Source of the DNA: Azolla caroliniana
Taxonomy: Eukaryota; Plantae; Polypodiophyta
Assembly: GCA_043228905.1 (NCBI GenBank)
Contig: JBHGNT010000005.1
Location: 9,610,001 to 9,674,000 of the forward strand
Direction: 5' to 3'
DNA length: 64,000 nucleotides
The notes beneath the pieces are model-generated. The model ran no database searches and had not been told where the DNA came from. It worked only from the letters and a program-made list of their open reading frames with translations. Shown here in pieces: positions 50,341 to 61,590 of the stretch; position 1 is the first letter of the stretch, and each line of letters opens with the position of its first letter. Both the position numbers and the translations under genes were made by a program.

Positions 50341-51443
50341 GTGATGAATAGTGAAGCACTAACCTTGTAAACAAGAACCTCATCTTCCTCATCATCCACT
50401 ATTGCATGCACAAGTAGGATCTCCGATGGCACTCTTTGAGTGTATTGTTCAAGCACACTAATATCAAAGGGTTGGTGTCGTGAATCTGAGGTTGAGATGG
50501 AGCAACATGTTATTCGATTCTTCCGGAAGTAGCTTTCTCGAGATAATGATGTCAAAATGTTGGTAGCAAAAGACACTGGATTAGGCTGACTCGGAGACAA
50601 ATTAAGCGGAGCCAGAGAATGCTTTGTCATCAAACAATCCACAATCTGACCATGGAAGAGGGAAATACTTAACCATGGAAGAGGGAAATACTTAACCATG
50701 GAAGAAGGAAATACTTAAAGAGCCATTGCATTGTTATGGTTCCAATATGATGCATGATGAGCATAGATAACCCTAACCTATAAACTAATAAATCCTAAAG
50801 ATATATCCACAATCTTACCAAGTTGCATTAAATAGCATTGTTATGATTCCAATATGATGCATGATGAGCATAGATAACCCTTACATGTATGTATACGGAT
50901 AAAGCCTAAAGATATATACTGATAAAACTTAAAGTCAATGTAGCTATAAACCCAAAGAAAATATACTGATAAACCGGAAGGATACACAGGTAGCATTTTA
51001 TATAACACAAAACAGAAGATGATTGTGGGTGATTCTGCAAATCAAATTGATTGCTGCGTATGAAAATCCAAGAAAAAGGTTGAGTATGAAAACCAAGGTG
51101 GTTGTCGACAATATCTGTCTTTCCATCTATTACCTTATTCACGTGAATGCATCACTCTGTAACATATTAAACCACAAGAACCTATAACAGAGTAACCACA
51201 TCACTACATCAAGTTTAACAGAGAAACCCAGATTTCCGTGTGAAAAAGGAAGGAACTAACAGGATACAAGGGCTACAGAGGAAAGAACTGAAGAAGGTCA
51301 TCTGAGGGTGAGAGATATTTGTAAGGAAAATGTTGAGAAAAAACAAGGAAGAAAATGCAAGAAACTCAAAGTCTACTCACCTGGCGATGAAACATAGCCA
51401 TGGGAGGGAACAGGGCACCCCACACGCACTTCACCATTCTCAT
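50061..51443 (-). CDS. Small conserved cyanobacterial-type protein (DUF7734-like) with probable transit peptide; exons 51443-51381, 50645-50364, 50246-50061; about 176 aa
   Basis: LEQYT...EILLVHA...EDEVLVYKGHSSSLM...IDRLRGPYNP...YIEEGLSW motif recognised from plant and cyanobacterial proteins; phase-0 GT-AG introns. First exon less certain. Confidence 0.78.
50649..50882. repeat. Intronic repeats: 23-bp unit x3 (50649-50718) and about 47-bp direct repeat (50728 and 50836)
   Basis: ACCATGGAAGAGGGAAATACTTA x3; GCATTGTTATG.TTCCAATATGATGCATGATGAGCATAGATAACCCT x2. Confidence 0.88.
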
Positions 51444-51566
51444 CGTTTCCTTCAATCTATGTATATCTCGTCTCTTTGTAAGTATAGCTCTGCACTTTGA
51501 AGATATTGAAAATCTATCCACTTAGTTACAACACTTCTTAATCTCCTCTACCTATCATATACCTCC

Positions 51567-52063
51567 TAGCAATGGGCACGGTTTCGGCTCAAACCGAACC
51601 GAACCGTTAATCCATGGCTTAACAGTTTATTGGTTCAAAGATAAATAAACCGTTTGGTTTGGTTTCAAATATTATGATCCGGTTTGGTTTCGGTTCGGTT
51701 TGGTTTTGAATTTCATGGTTTAGCGGTTTAGCGACTTAGTGGCTTATTGGTTTATCGGTTTTGGTTCGGTTTTGAATTTCAAGGTTTAGCAGTTTCAGCT
51801 TATGTGGTTTGGTTTAAAGGTTTAAAGGTTTAAAAGTTTTGAAGGTTTAAAGGTTTATAGGTTTGGTTTGGTTTTGATTTATGATAAACCGATTTGGTTT
51901 GGTTCTAAATGGTTCATAAATGGTTCGACTCTAAACGATTCGGTTTAAATGGCTTCATAAAATTTAAACAGTTTGGTTTGGTTTTTAAAATAAATAAATG
52001 GTTTGGTTTGGTTTCAAGGCCAAGAAACTGAATTGAACCGAAACCGAACCGCGCCCATTGCTA
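51567..52063. mobile_element. Non-autonomous hAT-type MITE
   Basis: TIRs TAGCAATGGGCACGGTT / AACCGCGCCCATTGCTA; perfect 8-bp TSD ATACCTCC (51559-51566 and 52064-52071); many AACCG/CGGTT subterminal motifs. Confidence 0.92.
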
Positions 52064-52129
52064 ATACCTCCTCTACCTATCATGGGAAGAGGGATGTCTT
52101 GTAATGCCATTAAAAAACCTAAATATGGA

Positions 52130-52432
52130 TAACAATTGGCAACGGTTCAGTTCGAGAGGGTCAAAATTGAACCTTTTAAAATTTTTGAAACCTAAACCGA
52201 ACCACGAAACCGTTAAACCAAACCATTAAAAAAAATTTCAAACTATTAAATTGTTAAATGGGCAAAACTACGGTTTCATGGTTCAGTTTTGGTTTTCAGC
52301 TTAGGTCAAATTTTTAAAATTTAAAAATTTTAAAGATTTTCCTAAAATGTGAGAATAAGGCATGAAAATAAAAAGATTGTTTAAAAACAATTTTTTAATT
52401 AAAAAAAAACTGTTAAACCATTTAAACCGCAA
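52130..52432. mobile_element. Degenerate, truncated relative of the hAT MITE
   Basis: TAACAATTGGCAACGGTTC resembles the TIR; AAACCG-rich; no second TIR found. Confidence 0.5.
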
Positions 52433-52870
52433 AAATTCCACATTAGAATACCTTTCAGCTTCTTTATATAGGCTTTCACCCCATGTCTATTATCAAACAT
52501 GAAAGCATTACGCATATTCCAATTGTGTTGTAGTCCCCAATAACGTAAAAATTGGAACAATATCTCTATCTCATCATTTCAATCATTTTGAACATATTGA
52601 GAAAAAACCCATTGTTGAGGTCTCAAATAACAACAGGTTAAAACTTGCCAGATCTCTCTCTCTCTCTCTTTGTAAAAGCATACAATTATATTAATTGTAT
52701 GTAAAATCCACTTGTTACAACATTTCTTAGTCTCCTCTACCTATCTATCCTATGCCTATGTAGGGAGAGGGATGTCTTGTAACGCCACTAGAAAACCAGA
52801 ATATGCACTAAGTGAGGAAATGATTCCCACATGCTTTAACATCTAGAAATTCCATATAATAATACCTTTC

Positions 52871-53132
52871 TGACGGGAACTCAACGCTCCTTATGCACAA
52901 CGCTCGACCACAACCGAGCTTAGAATCATACACAGAAAACAGGAAACGGAAAAACACGACACAAAGGAGAGAAAAGGTGCACCAGATGTTTACATGGAAA
53001 ACCCAAACTAAGGGAAAAACCACGGCAGCCCACAGGCTGCAAACTATCACTATGTTGGAATGTACAAAACAGTGAGTTCACGGAGGCAACGACCTCGTGC
53101 TCACGATCTTTGCCACAGGCGGCAGTTACAAC
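52871..53132 (-). mobile_element. Partial LTR of a B-like copia family
   Basis: Similar to 19301-19560 (TGACG start, GGAAAACCC...GGGAAAAACCAC, ACTATCACTATG, GTTACAAC); fused directly to C-like gag. Confidence 0.75.
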
Positions 53133-55360
53133 TACACGGAGGGAGATAGGCCTCGTGGTCGTGGTGAACGAGGCGAGTCGGTGTGCAATGGAGGCAGCCG
53201 ATGGGATCAAGGAAGAAGGCACCGAAGTGATGCCAACAATAATTCTGGACCCTCCGGAAATAGGGGGAGTCGAGGTGACGAGAACCGGCATGGGAAATCC
53301 GCCGCGGAATGCTGGTACTATGGCAAGAAAGGCCACAGGGAGAGCGAGTGCTGGAAAAAGCGCGCTGATTCGGAGAGAACCAAATTTAGTGGCCGGAAGG
53401 CACAAATTTATGAAGCCTGCCAGCTAGGGAAGCAACACCGACTTCCTTTCCCCAACGAGCGTAACCAGAGCTGGAACAAGCTCGACTTGATACATTCTGA
53501 TGTATGGGGGCTGGCACAAAACGTTAGTCTTGGCGGGAGTCGATATTTCGTCTCCTTCATTGATGACTATACGCGGCACACGTGGATCTGTACCTCATTG
53601 AGAAGAAGAGTGAAGTCTTAGACTGTTTCCGGGACCTCAAGAGTTTCATCGAAAGGGAAACAAGAAGAAAGATCAAGTGCCTGCAGTCGGATGGAGGAAA
53701 AGAGTACTTTTCCGATCAATTCAATGGGTATCTGCAACAAATGGGAATTTGACGCAAATTCAGTTGCAGATATACGCCGGAGCAAAACGACGTGGCCGAA
53801 AGGAAAAATCGGTTGGTTGTGGAACTGGAACCGGCACCGGCAATGCTAGAGGAGAAGAGCTTGCCCAAGTTCTATTGGGCCGAAACAGTTCAGACCACGG
53901 TCTACATCCAGAATTGGATCAAAGAAAAAGTGTCGGCGCATGAGCTATACTTCGGAACGAAGCCGAATTTGCGACACTTAAGAGTTTTCGGTAGCATTGC
54001 ATATGTGCATGTGCCGAAGGAGAAACAGAGAAAGCTAAGAAGTGTATCTTGGTCGGCTATTCGGACGAGCAGAAGGGTTATAAGTGTTATAACCCTCACA
54101 CCAAACAAGCGCGCGTGAGCCACAACGTTGTGTTTGACGAGTCTGCATCCTAGTACTTGCCTCTGACTCCGGACCTCACCTCCAATCCGAGTTATGACGA
54201 TGAGGTCAGTGAGGCCGAGATGCCTCCAGATGAGCCTGAAATTGGAACCCGTGAAGATAGTCCGATTTCGTTTCGGTTAAGCGGACCTAATGGACGATTG
54301 AGTCGGTTCGACCAGTCCGATGAAGAGCCGGTGAGTAGTGGAGACTCAGCCGTGCACTGCTTGCGCAGGAAGCCGAGAAGATGGCTTACGCGCAAGGAAA
54401 AAGGGAAGAAGGTGTCGGATTACGACACAGATAGGAACAAGTTGGATCGATGTGAGTTCGACTCCGAGGGAAGTGATGACGGGTCTTTCAGAGCAAAGTC
54501 CGCGTCACGAAAGCCTCAACATTGGCTAATGAGCAGTTACGCCGATCTACCCGCCAGAAGAACCCTGTTGTGTGTTTCGGATACAATGACTACATGATGC
54601 AACACTATGCGTACATGACCCGTGTAGCGGAAGTGCGTGAGCCGGAGAGCTACACAAAAGCAGCGAAGGACGCGAATTGGCATGCCGCAATGGAGGAAGA
54701 GATGCGTGCATTGGCGGAAAATGAAACCTGGGACCTGGTTGAAGCACCGAAAGGTTTGAAGCCGATCGGATGTAGGTGGGTGTACAAGGTTAAGTACAAC
54801 ACCGACGGCTCCGTCAACTAATACAAGGCCCACATAGTAGCGAAAGGCTATGCTCAGCAACACGTCATCGACTATGATGAGGCGTTTGCTCCGATCGCAA
54901 GATGACGACCGTCCACGTTTTGCTCGCGGTAGCTGCGGCAAAGGGGTGGCACTTACATCAAATGGATGTAAAGAATGCATTCCTGCAAGGTGAGCTTTAG
55001 GAACAAGTGTACATGGTACAACCCCCCGGATTTCACTCCGAAAAGAACACTTCGACGGTGTGCCGGTTGAAGAAGTCGCTTTATGAACTAAAGCAAGCCC
55101 CACGTGCCTGGAACACGAAGATCACGCAACGATTGTGTTGGATGGGCTTTGCGACGTCAAAATCAGACTCTTCACTGTTCATCCGGAAAGGTCGACTCGG
55201 GCCGGTTAGCATCTTATTTTATGTTGATGACTTGGTCATCTCCGGCACCGACCTAGGTGAGATTGACCGCGTGAAGCTCTAGCTTGCGACATCATTCGAC
55301 ATGAAAGATCTAAGTGATCCACACCCCCAAAGGCATACTGATCAGTCAACGGCATTACGT
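53133..55360 (+). mobile_element. Fragment of a family C copia (gag end fused to integrase, RT start)
   Basis: High similarity to 23710-23950 and 24589-26610; protease region deleted at about 53380; interrupted by G2 at 55361. Confidence 0.92.
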
Positions 55361-55601
55361 TGTCGTAGTGTAATTCACACACTAAGTGAAAATTGCATTT
55401 TGGTTCCTCCGGATGGGACAAGGAGGAACCGGTGAGAACCGGATGAAGGAGCAACCGGCAAGGAGGACCCGGTAAAGAGACCCAGTAAGAACCGGATCAA
55501 GCAAAACCGGCAAGAGCCAGATAAACAAGGCTGGTGAGAGTCTCTCACCAGATGAAGAGACAAATTTATAAATAGAAGAAAAGATTGTTACATACATAGG
55601 G

Positions 55602-55658
55602 CAGGATTCAAACCTTGTACGTCCACGTAAACAAACCCCAACCTTACCATTGTAATAA
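55602..55658 (-). promoter_or_regulatory. tRNA-like A-box/B-box module in the G2 LTR (antisense)
   Basis: TATTACAATGGTAAG-N28-GGTTTGAATCC on the minus strand. Confidence 0.5.
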
Positions 55659-58272
55659 CTTATCCTAAGTGTTTTAAATATAGATTTAATACGTATAAGA
55701 CCTTTATTTACGCCTACCTTTATTAAAAGGTAAGTCATGCATTTTTAGAATGTGTGAATACTTTATTTATAAGAAAAATGTACACCAATAAAAAATTACT
55801 CATGCACATCTAGCGAGCATGAGCACTATATTTAGGAAATAAAAGCATAGTGTAAAAAGCAACTCATGCACATTTAGTGTGCATGAACACTTTAGAAAAA
55901 GCATGAAGCTATGCTTAGCCTCTTCCATCCTTATATAAGGAGGAGAGAAAGATGTATGATGTTGTTGATTATTTTACAAGGATTGATCAATCTAATATAT
56001 TCGTGGGATTCACGAGTTTATCATAAAAATTCCCTTTCTTACAATCTAATATTGATTAAATACACTAAACACATGGGATTCATAAGTTTTTATTTCTTAC
56101 TTCTCTTTCTACCTATTCATTACTAGTCTTATATTGTATTCTTCTTCCTCCTAGTCCAAAACCTCAGTGATTGCCACCCGACTCACACAACGATCCAGAG
56201 CCGAAGGCACGACACAAGTGGTGAACCTGACGTGAAACCGGGTGGCAAGGAGATGGAAATTCAACCAAACGCTAACAACATGATGGCGATGTTCAAGCGG
56301 ATGCTACAAGAACAACACACGATGTTGGAGATTGCGGTGGCAGTAGAGCGGCTCGTGCAACAGAACGGGCAATTCAATGGGAAAGATGTGCCGCGGTATT
56401 TGCGAGATTACAAGACGGAAATGCTACAGTGCAGGATTTCGGAAGGACTGCAAGTGACATCCTTCAACCAGGTGGCGACCGACGGGCTTCAAGGGAGTAT
56501 CCACGGGATTCGGCAGCAAAATCCGACGTGGGAAGCATTATAAGAGGCGTAAAGACCACGTTCGCCATCGAGGACCCCTCCAAGGCAACGAGGAGGGGAT
56601 TCGAAGATTGGGTGGAAACACCGGATAAGGGGATGAAGGTCCTTGATGTGTTTTCGTCATTCGAAAGTCAGTTCGGGAGGTTGTCTGCGAGAGATCAAGT
56701 TATCCTCGCACCAGACAAAGTGATCATGTTCCTACGAGCCGTGGACATCCGGGACCGGAAAGATCTCGGAGTGCTTTTGGAGGACACAACCACTAAGAGT
56801 GGCCTCACCAAAACATGGGAAAGCGTGTGGGATATCGTCGCGCGATACACGAAGAGGGGGCAATGACTTGCTAATGAAGAAAAGAGGGTTTCGGAACTGA
56901 TTCTGAAACCAAGATCTGGATTGGAAAACCATCACGGTGGAGTAGTTGCTGAGAAGGGAATCGACGCAACCACGGTGGAGTAGTTGCTGAAGGAGATGGA
57001 GAATCTGAAAATCGCAATGGTGAAGAAGTCGAATGACAGTCCCACAAGTTTTAAGTATATGGATCGTCGGTGTATATGGTGTGATAGCATCGAACATGAT
57101 CGGAGGGATTGCGATGAGCACAAGGAGGCGTTACGATGAAATCTTATCTACTACGAGGAAAATTGGATTCATTCGATGGACTCTCGGAAGCCACTCCAAC
57201 CGAACTTCCAGAAAGGCGGCATGAAGAAGGTCCTAGAGGAGGAAATAGCAGTGAAAGGTAATTATGTGAGAACCGCGGGAATAAGTGTGGGCGAGTCATC
57301 AGGAGGAAAGGTGTGTTTTTGGCCGGATGTGCTAGAAAACCTCGAGAAAACCGACTCCAATGAGATCTAAAGCACCGTGGAAAGCATCCGTGAAGCTACG
57401 GGATGGGAGTGCCCCGTCGATAAGAATAGCGTGTACGCCTTATGTCAATTGCATGAAGTGTATATAGACGAGAAACGACGACGCACGGATGATGCGGCTG
57501 GACCATCAAAGACACTGAAAAGTTGGAACTCCGAAGGGAAGGGAAAAGAAAAGACGATTTCGGCATTCATGCTCGCCTTGGACATAGAACAACAAACGGA
57601 CTTGAAAAAGGTGTTCGAGGAGAGAATCCTCGATAGCCGGGTAGAATTTTTGCTTCGGGAATTACTCGGAATAGCGAAGGAGTTCCACGATCTTCTTGTG
57701 GATCTCGTGAAGAGAAAAAGACAATTTACAGAGGAAAGTGCTCCAAGGGTGAATGCAAATACCGTTTTAATGAATGACACTGAATTGGAGGACGAAATTC
57801 CGAACTCGCAGTACACAAGGCCACATTGGGCACGTGCAACCACAAAGACTCCGGTCTGAATCGGCAACATCAAAGAGCCTGTTCTAGCATTGATTGATCA
57901 CGAATCGGAGATCAACTTGATGTCCAAGGAGTTCTACCGGAAAGGGAAGTGGCCTATTAATACTAATCATGGATGGAAGATCCGGGCAACCACTAAAGCA
58001 ACAAAAGACCTATTTGCGGCTTGTCCGGATGTGACAGTGAAGATCGGAGATGTGGAGATAGAACAAAATTTCTTCGTGCAAGATGAGGTCTCACAATTTG
58101 TGATTCTCGGGCAACCCTTTATCACAATATCATGGATGTAGACGAAGGTGCTCGATTGCGGTGCGGCTTTCGCACGAATTTGAAGTCAAACCGGAGGGAA
58201 ATCCGTCCAATTCCTAACTGTGCCTACGAATCATGAAAGGAACAAGAGGGAGCTCTTGTCCCAAACAAAGAT

Positions 58273-58336
58273 GGATTTTTAGAGTGGATTGTTGCGGAGT
58301 GGGGAAGTGATAGTCCAAGAAGCCCTAATACCCCAC
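58273..58336 (+). promoter_or_regulatory. Predicted -1 frameshift signal of G2
   Basis: G GAT TTT TAG; the -1 frame is open for 46 codons into ORF 58417; stems GGATTGTT/GATAGTCC and GTGGGG/CCCCAC. Confidence 0.75.
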
Positions 58337-59434
58337 ACAAGAAGAAAACTCTCGGAGCAAAACAAGTACGAATCAGTCCGGATGGGGCATCTACGTACAC
58401 GGCCGTAACCGGAGGAATGAAGAAAGAATACCGAAAAGTAGAGGATAAGTTACGGTCGGCATCAATAATAAAAGAAGACGAAGAAATCGTGGGAGTAGTC
58501 GAAGAAATGTTCTATGGGAGCACGCTACAACGACTTGAAGAGGTTGCAAAAGAAAATAGCCAGGGAGACCGGGTAGTTCCAGTGGAATCGGTCGAGATGT
58601 ATGAGATCATTGCAAAAATGGGGCCGGATGCGCTCCGCAAAGAAGAAGCAATGGTAGGTATGAAATACAAGACCGTGGAGAAGAAGGTGAAACCGGTTGC
58701 GGGACCGCTACCCGCCAATAGCGAACAAAAGAGGAAAGAAGTCTCAGGAGATCCGACACTTCGAAAATCCGTGGATATCGGACATGCCTTCACGGATGAG
58801 ACCCGGGAAAAACTTCGGATCGGTGGAGGTCGTTTCCTCTTACAAAAAAAAGAAGAACGGTTTCGTGAGATGTTGGAACAACATGGAAAAGCATTTGCAT
58901 TCACATCGAAGGAGATAGGGTGCGTTGATCCGAAGATAGTGGAGCTGATGGTGATCTTCACGATTGATCACGTGTCGTGGAACCTGAAACCGATTCCATC
59001 GACTTGCTCAAGGAGAAGGTGGCAATGGGGATTCTAGAGCCATCAAACGCTCCGTACTCAAATCGATGGTTTACGGTTCCAAAGAAGAATGGGTCACTCC
59101 GGTTTATTCAAGACTTGCAACCGGTGAACAAGGTCACGATCCAGAACTCCAGAGTCAGTCCGATAGTGGACGAATTTGCGGAAGCAATTGTCGGTCATGC
59201 GATATACTCCATCGGAGACCTATGCTCAGTATGACCAATTCCAACTAGCCGTTGAGAGCCGAGACATCACTACCATGCGAACACCGATAGGATTAGTCCG
59301 AATGTGCACACTACCACAAGGAGCGACAAACTCGGTGGCACATATCATGAACGCAATGAACAAGGTGCTTCGAGATTGCATTCTGGAGATAACGTTGCCG
59401 TTCCTAGATGACATTCCGATGAAAGGATGCACGG

Positions 59435-61590
59435 TGTCGTGATGTGGCATGTCTAGTGCGAGAAAAAGTCAAAAATTGAGGATCCACACACATTTCACGA
59501 ATACTTGTAAAAGTGAAGATAAATAAACCTAGGTCCCAATGGCATTGAGTGCATGTAGAGGGTTGCAAGTAGGATTTGAACCTTGCACCTCTAAGATAAG
59601 AGGCAATTATCTTACCTCTAAAGCTACTACTAAGTGTTGTAGATGTTCTATATTTCTTTCTCATATTCAATATTCTATAGGAAACAAACGTACAAAACCG
59701 TGTACAAAAAACCACGGTTTTAAGCTCGTGGTTTTCTGCATGTCACAAAGCAAAACTGTGTGCACAGAAACCATGGCTCCAAGCCCATGGTTTTGTGCTT
59801 GGACAAACCTATAAAACGGGGGGCTCAATATGATATGACCATCATCATCACGATCAATAATATAAGCTTCTATTTCTTCTTCTTCGTATCTATCTTGTAA
59901 TTATTTATCTACTTCTGAAAGTGTACAATCTTCAATCTTCTCAAGTGTAATAGGTCTTCCTCCAATCTTACATTCACATCGTCCTCTTCTCAATACCTTG
60001 ACGGACATCCTCCTTGGCCCAAGACCTCGGTGGTCCTGCTCAAGCGAAGCACGCTCGCACGCGCATCTTCGCGACATTTTTGGTGAACCCGACATGAAGA
60101 GCAGTAGGGGAGGATGAAGATGGAAGAGGAATATCTAATGAAGGCAATGTCAAAGATGATGATGGAGTTTTCAAGAGAAGGGAAAACACGAGATGCAGCC
60201 CAACAAGCCGTCGAAAGCATGATCAAGAGAGTCGGGTTTTTCGATGGAGGCGAAGTCCAAATATTTCTAAAGGCCTACAATGCCGAAATGGATTCAAGAG
60301 GAGTGGAGGAAGCAATGAGGCTGGAGTACATTTGTCGAGTGGTGGCCGAACCAATCTTCGAAGAGATTAAAGAGATTCAAAAAACTCACGATTCGTGGGT
60401 GTCCTTCAAAGAAGCTTTACGAGAGTCATATGGTTACGAAGAGCAAAAGGGACGAGGTCTGTATGAGTTTCATGAATGGGTGTCATCGAGAAAGACCCAC
60501 CAGAGTGCTATGCATACATTCGTTGAGTTTGAGTATCGCTTCGCTCAACTCTCGGACCAGGATCGAAGATTGGTGGGGGTGAATAAAGTTCTACTGTTTG
60601 TAAAGTCAATCGATCGGAATGAAAGGAAGGCCATTGGAATCCAACTCGAGGATGACAATGGTGAAAATGGCCTCACTGAGGATTGGGCCAAAGTGGAAAG
60701 GGTATGCCGACAACACGATAAGAGGGAGATGAGATTCTCATCGGCAACAACACAACCCACAAGGGATATTCAAAGGAGAATGGGATGTGGCAATAAAAAC
60801 CCACCGAAGGAAGAAAGCTCGAAGAGGGAAGCTTCAACAGAACTCAACATAGAAGCCTTGATGAGAGAGGCATTCATGAACTTAAAGGCAAAAGTCGAGG
60901 TTGAAGAGATGCTGAAAACAAAATCGAGGAAAATGGTGATCGACGAAGAGGAGACCTCCCAACAAATGCAGATTAATGATGCGGCCAATACGAAGGGCCG
61001 GGTTCGATATGACAGTACCATGGGAGAAGGTGTGAAACAAGCCACCTTCTCGACTTATGGAGGAACGATGGTCAAGAGAAAGGACGAAGACTCGAGAGCG
61101 GGAAATGTTGCTTTAAGAGTGGACGAGCATTTCGGAACACATGTTGTGTCCGAAATATCGAGTAATGAAGGTGCAACCATGAGGGAAGATTGCGTGATCA
61201 AGGGATGTAAAGAGTGCGAGTTCGACGTGATTGAGGTAGTAACCACGAAAAACGACATCAAGTCGCAGATGGCTAAGGAAGAGTCCACGGCGGATGACCA
61301 TGTCGAGACTTTCCCAACACTTGATCTAGAGACTTGGGCAGTTGTGTCCAAGAGCCAACATGAGACCCAAGAGACGGAAAGTGGTGGGGAAGAAAATATT
61401 GAAGACAATGCGAATAACAACATTGAGCGAAAGATGGCTACGGATGAGAAGACGGTGACCGATGGTGTCGAGGTTCTCCCCATATTTGTTCTTGAGACTT
61501 CGGTAGTTGTGCCCGAGTGTCAACGTGAGACCGTAGAGACGGAAGGTGACGGCAAGAAATTGAAGGACCAAAGTGACGATGAGGACGATG
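59435..61590 (+). mobile_element. Ty3/gypsy-lineage G3 nested in the G2 RT: 5' LTR 59435-60076, tRNA-Trp PBS 60081-60097, gag-like ORF
   Basis: TGTCGTGA...TCGCGACA termini; PBS TGGTGAACCCGACATGA; ORF from 60114 homologous to G2 gag in its N-half. Confidence 0.88.
59571..59627 (-). promoter_or_regulatory. tRNA-like A-box/B-box module in the G3 LTR (antisense)
   Basis: GTAGCTTTAGAGGTAAG-N28-GGTTCAAATCC on the minus strand; spacing equals tRNA positions 8-62. Confidence 0.65.

Larger units (their letters stand above)
55361..59434 (+). mobile_element. Ty3/gypsy G2: 5' LTR 55361-56214, tRNA-Trp PBS 56219-56235, gag, protease, RT N-half
   Basis: TGTCGT...ACGACA LTR; PBS TGGTGAACCTGACGTGA; CIWCDSIEHDRRDC knuckle; IDHESEINLM protease; LPFLDDIPMKG RT; homologous to G1. 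Confidence 0.93.

Noticed and set aside
51810-51865. Telomere-like repeat (GGTTTAAA)n
   Set aside because: A few degenerate units inside the hAT MITE, not a TTTAGGG array.
59560-59640. Functional tRNA gene
   Set aside because: Acceptor and anticodon stems do not pair; only the box motifs and their spacing remain. The same holds at 5876 and 55602.
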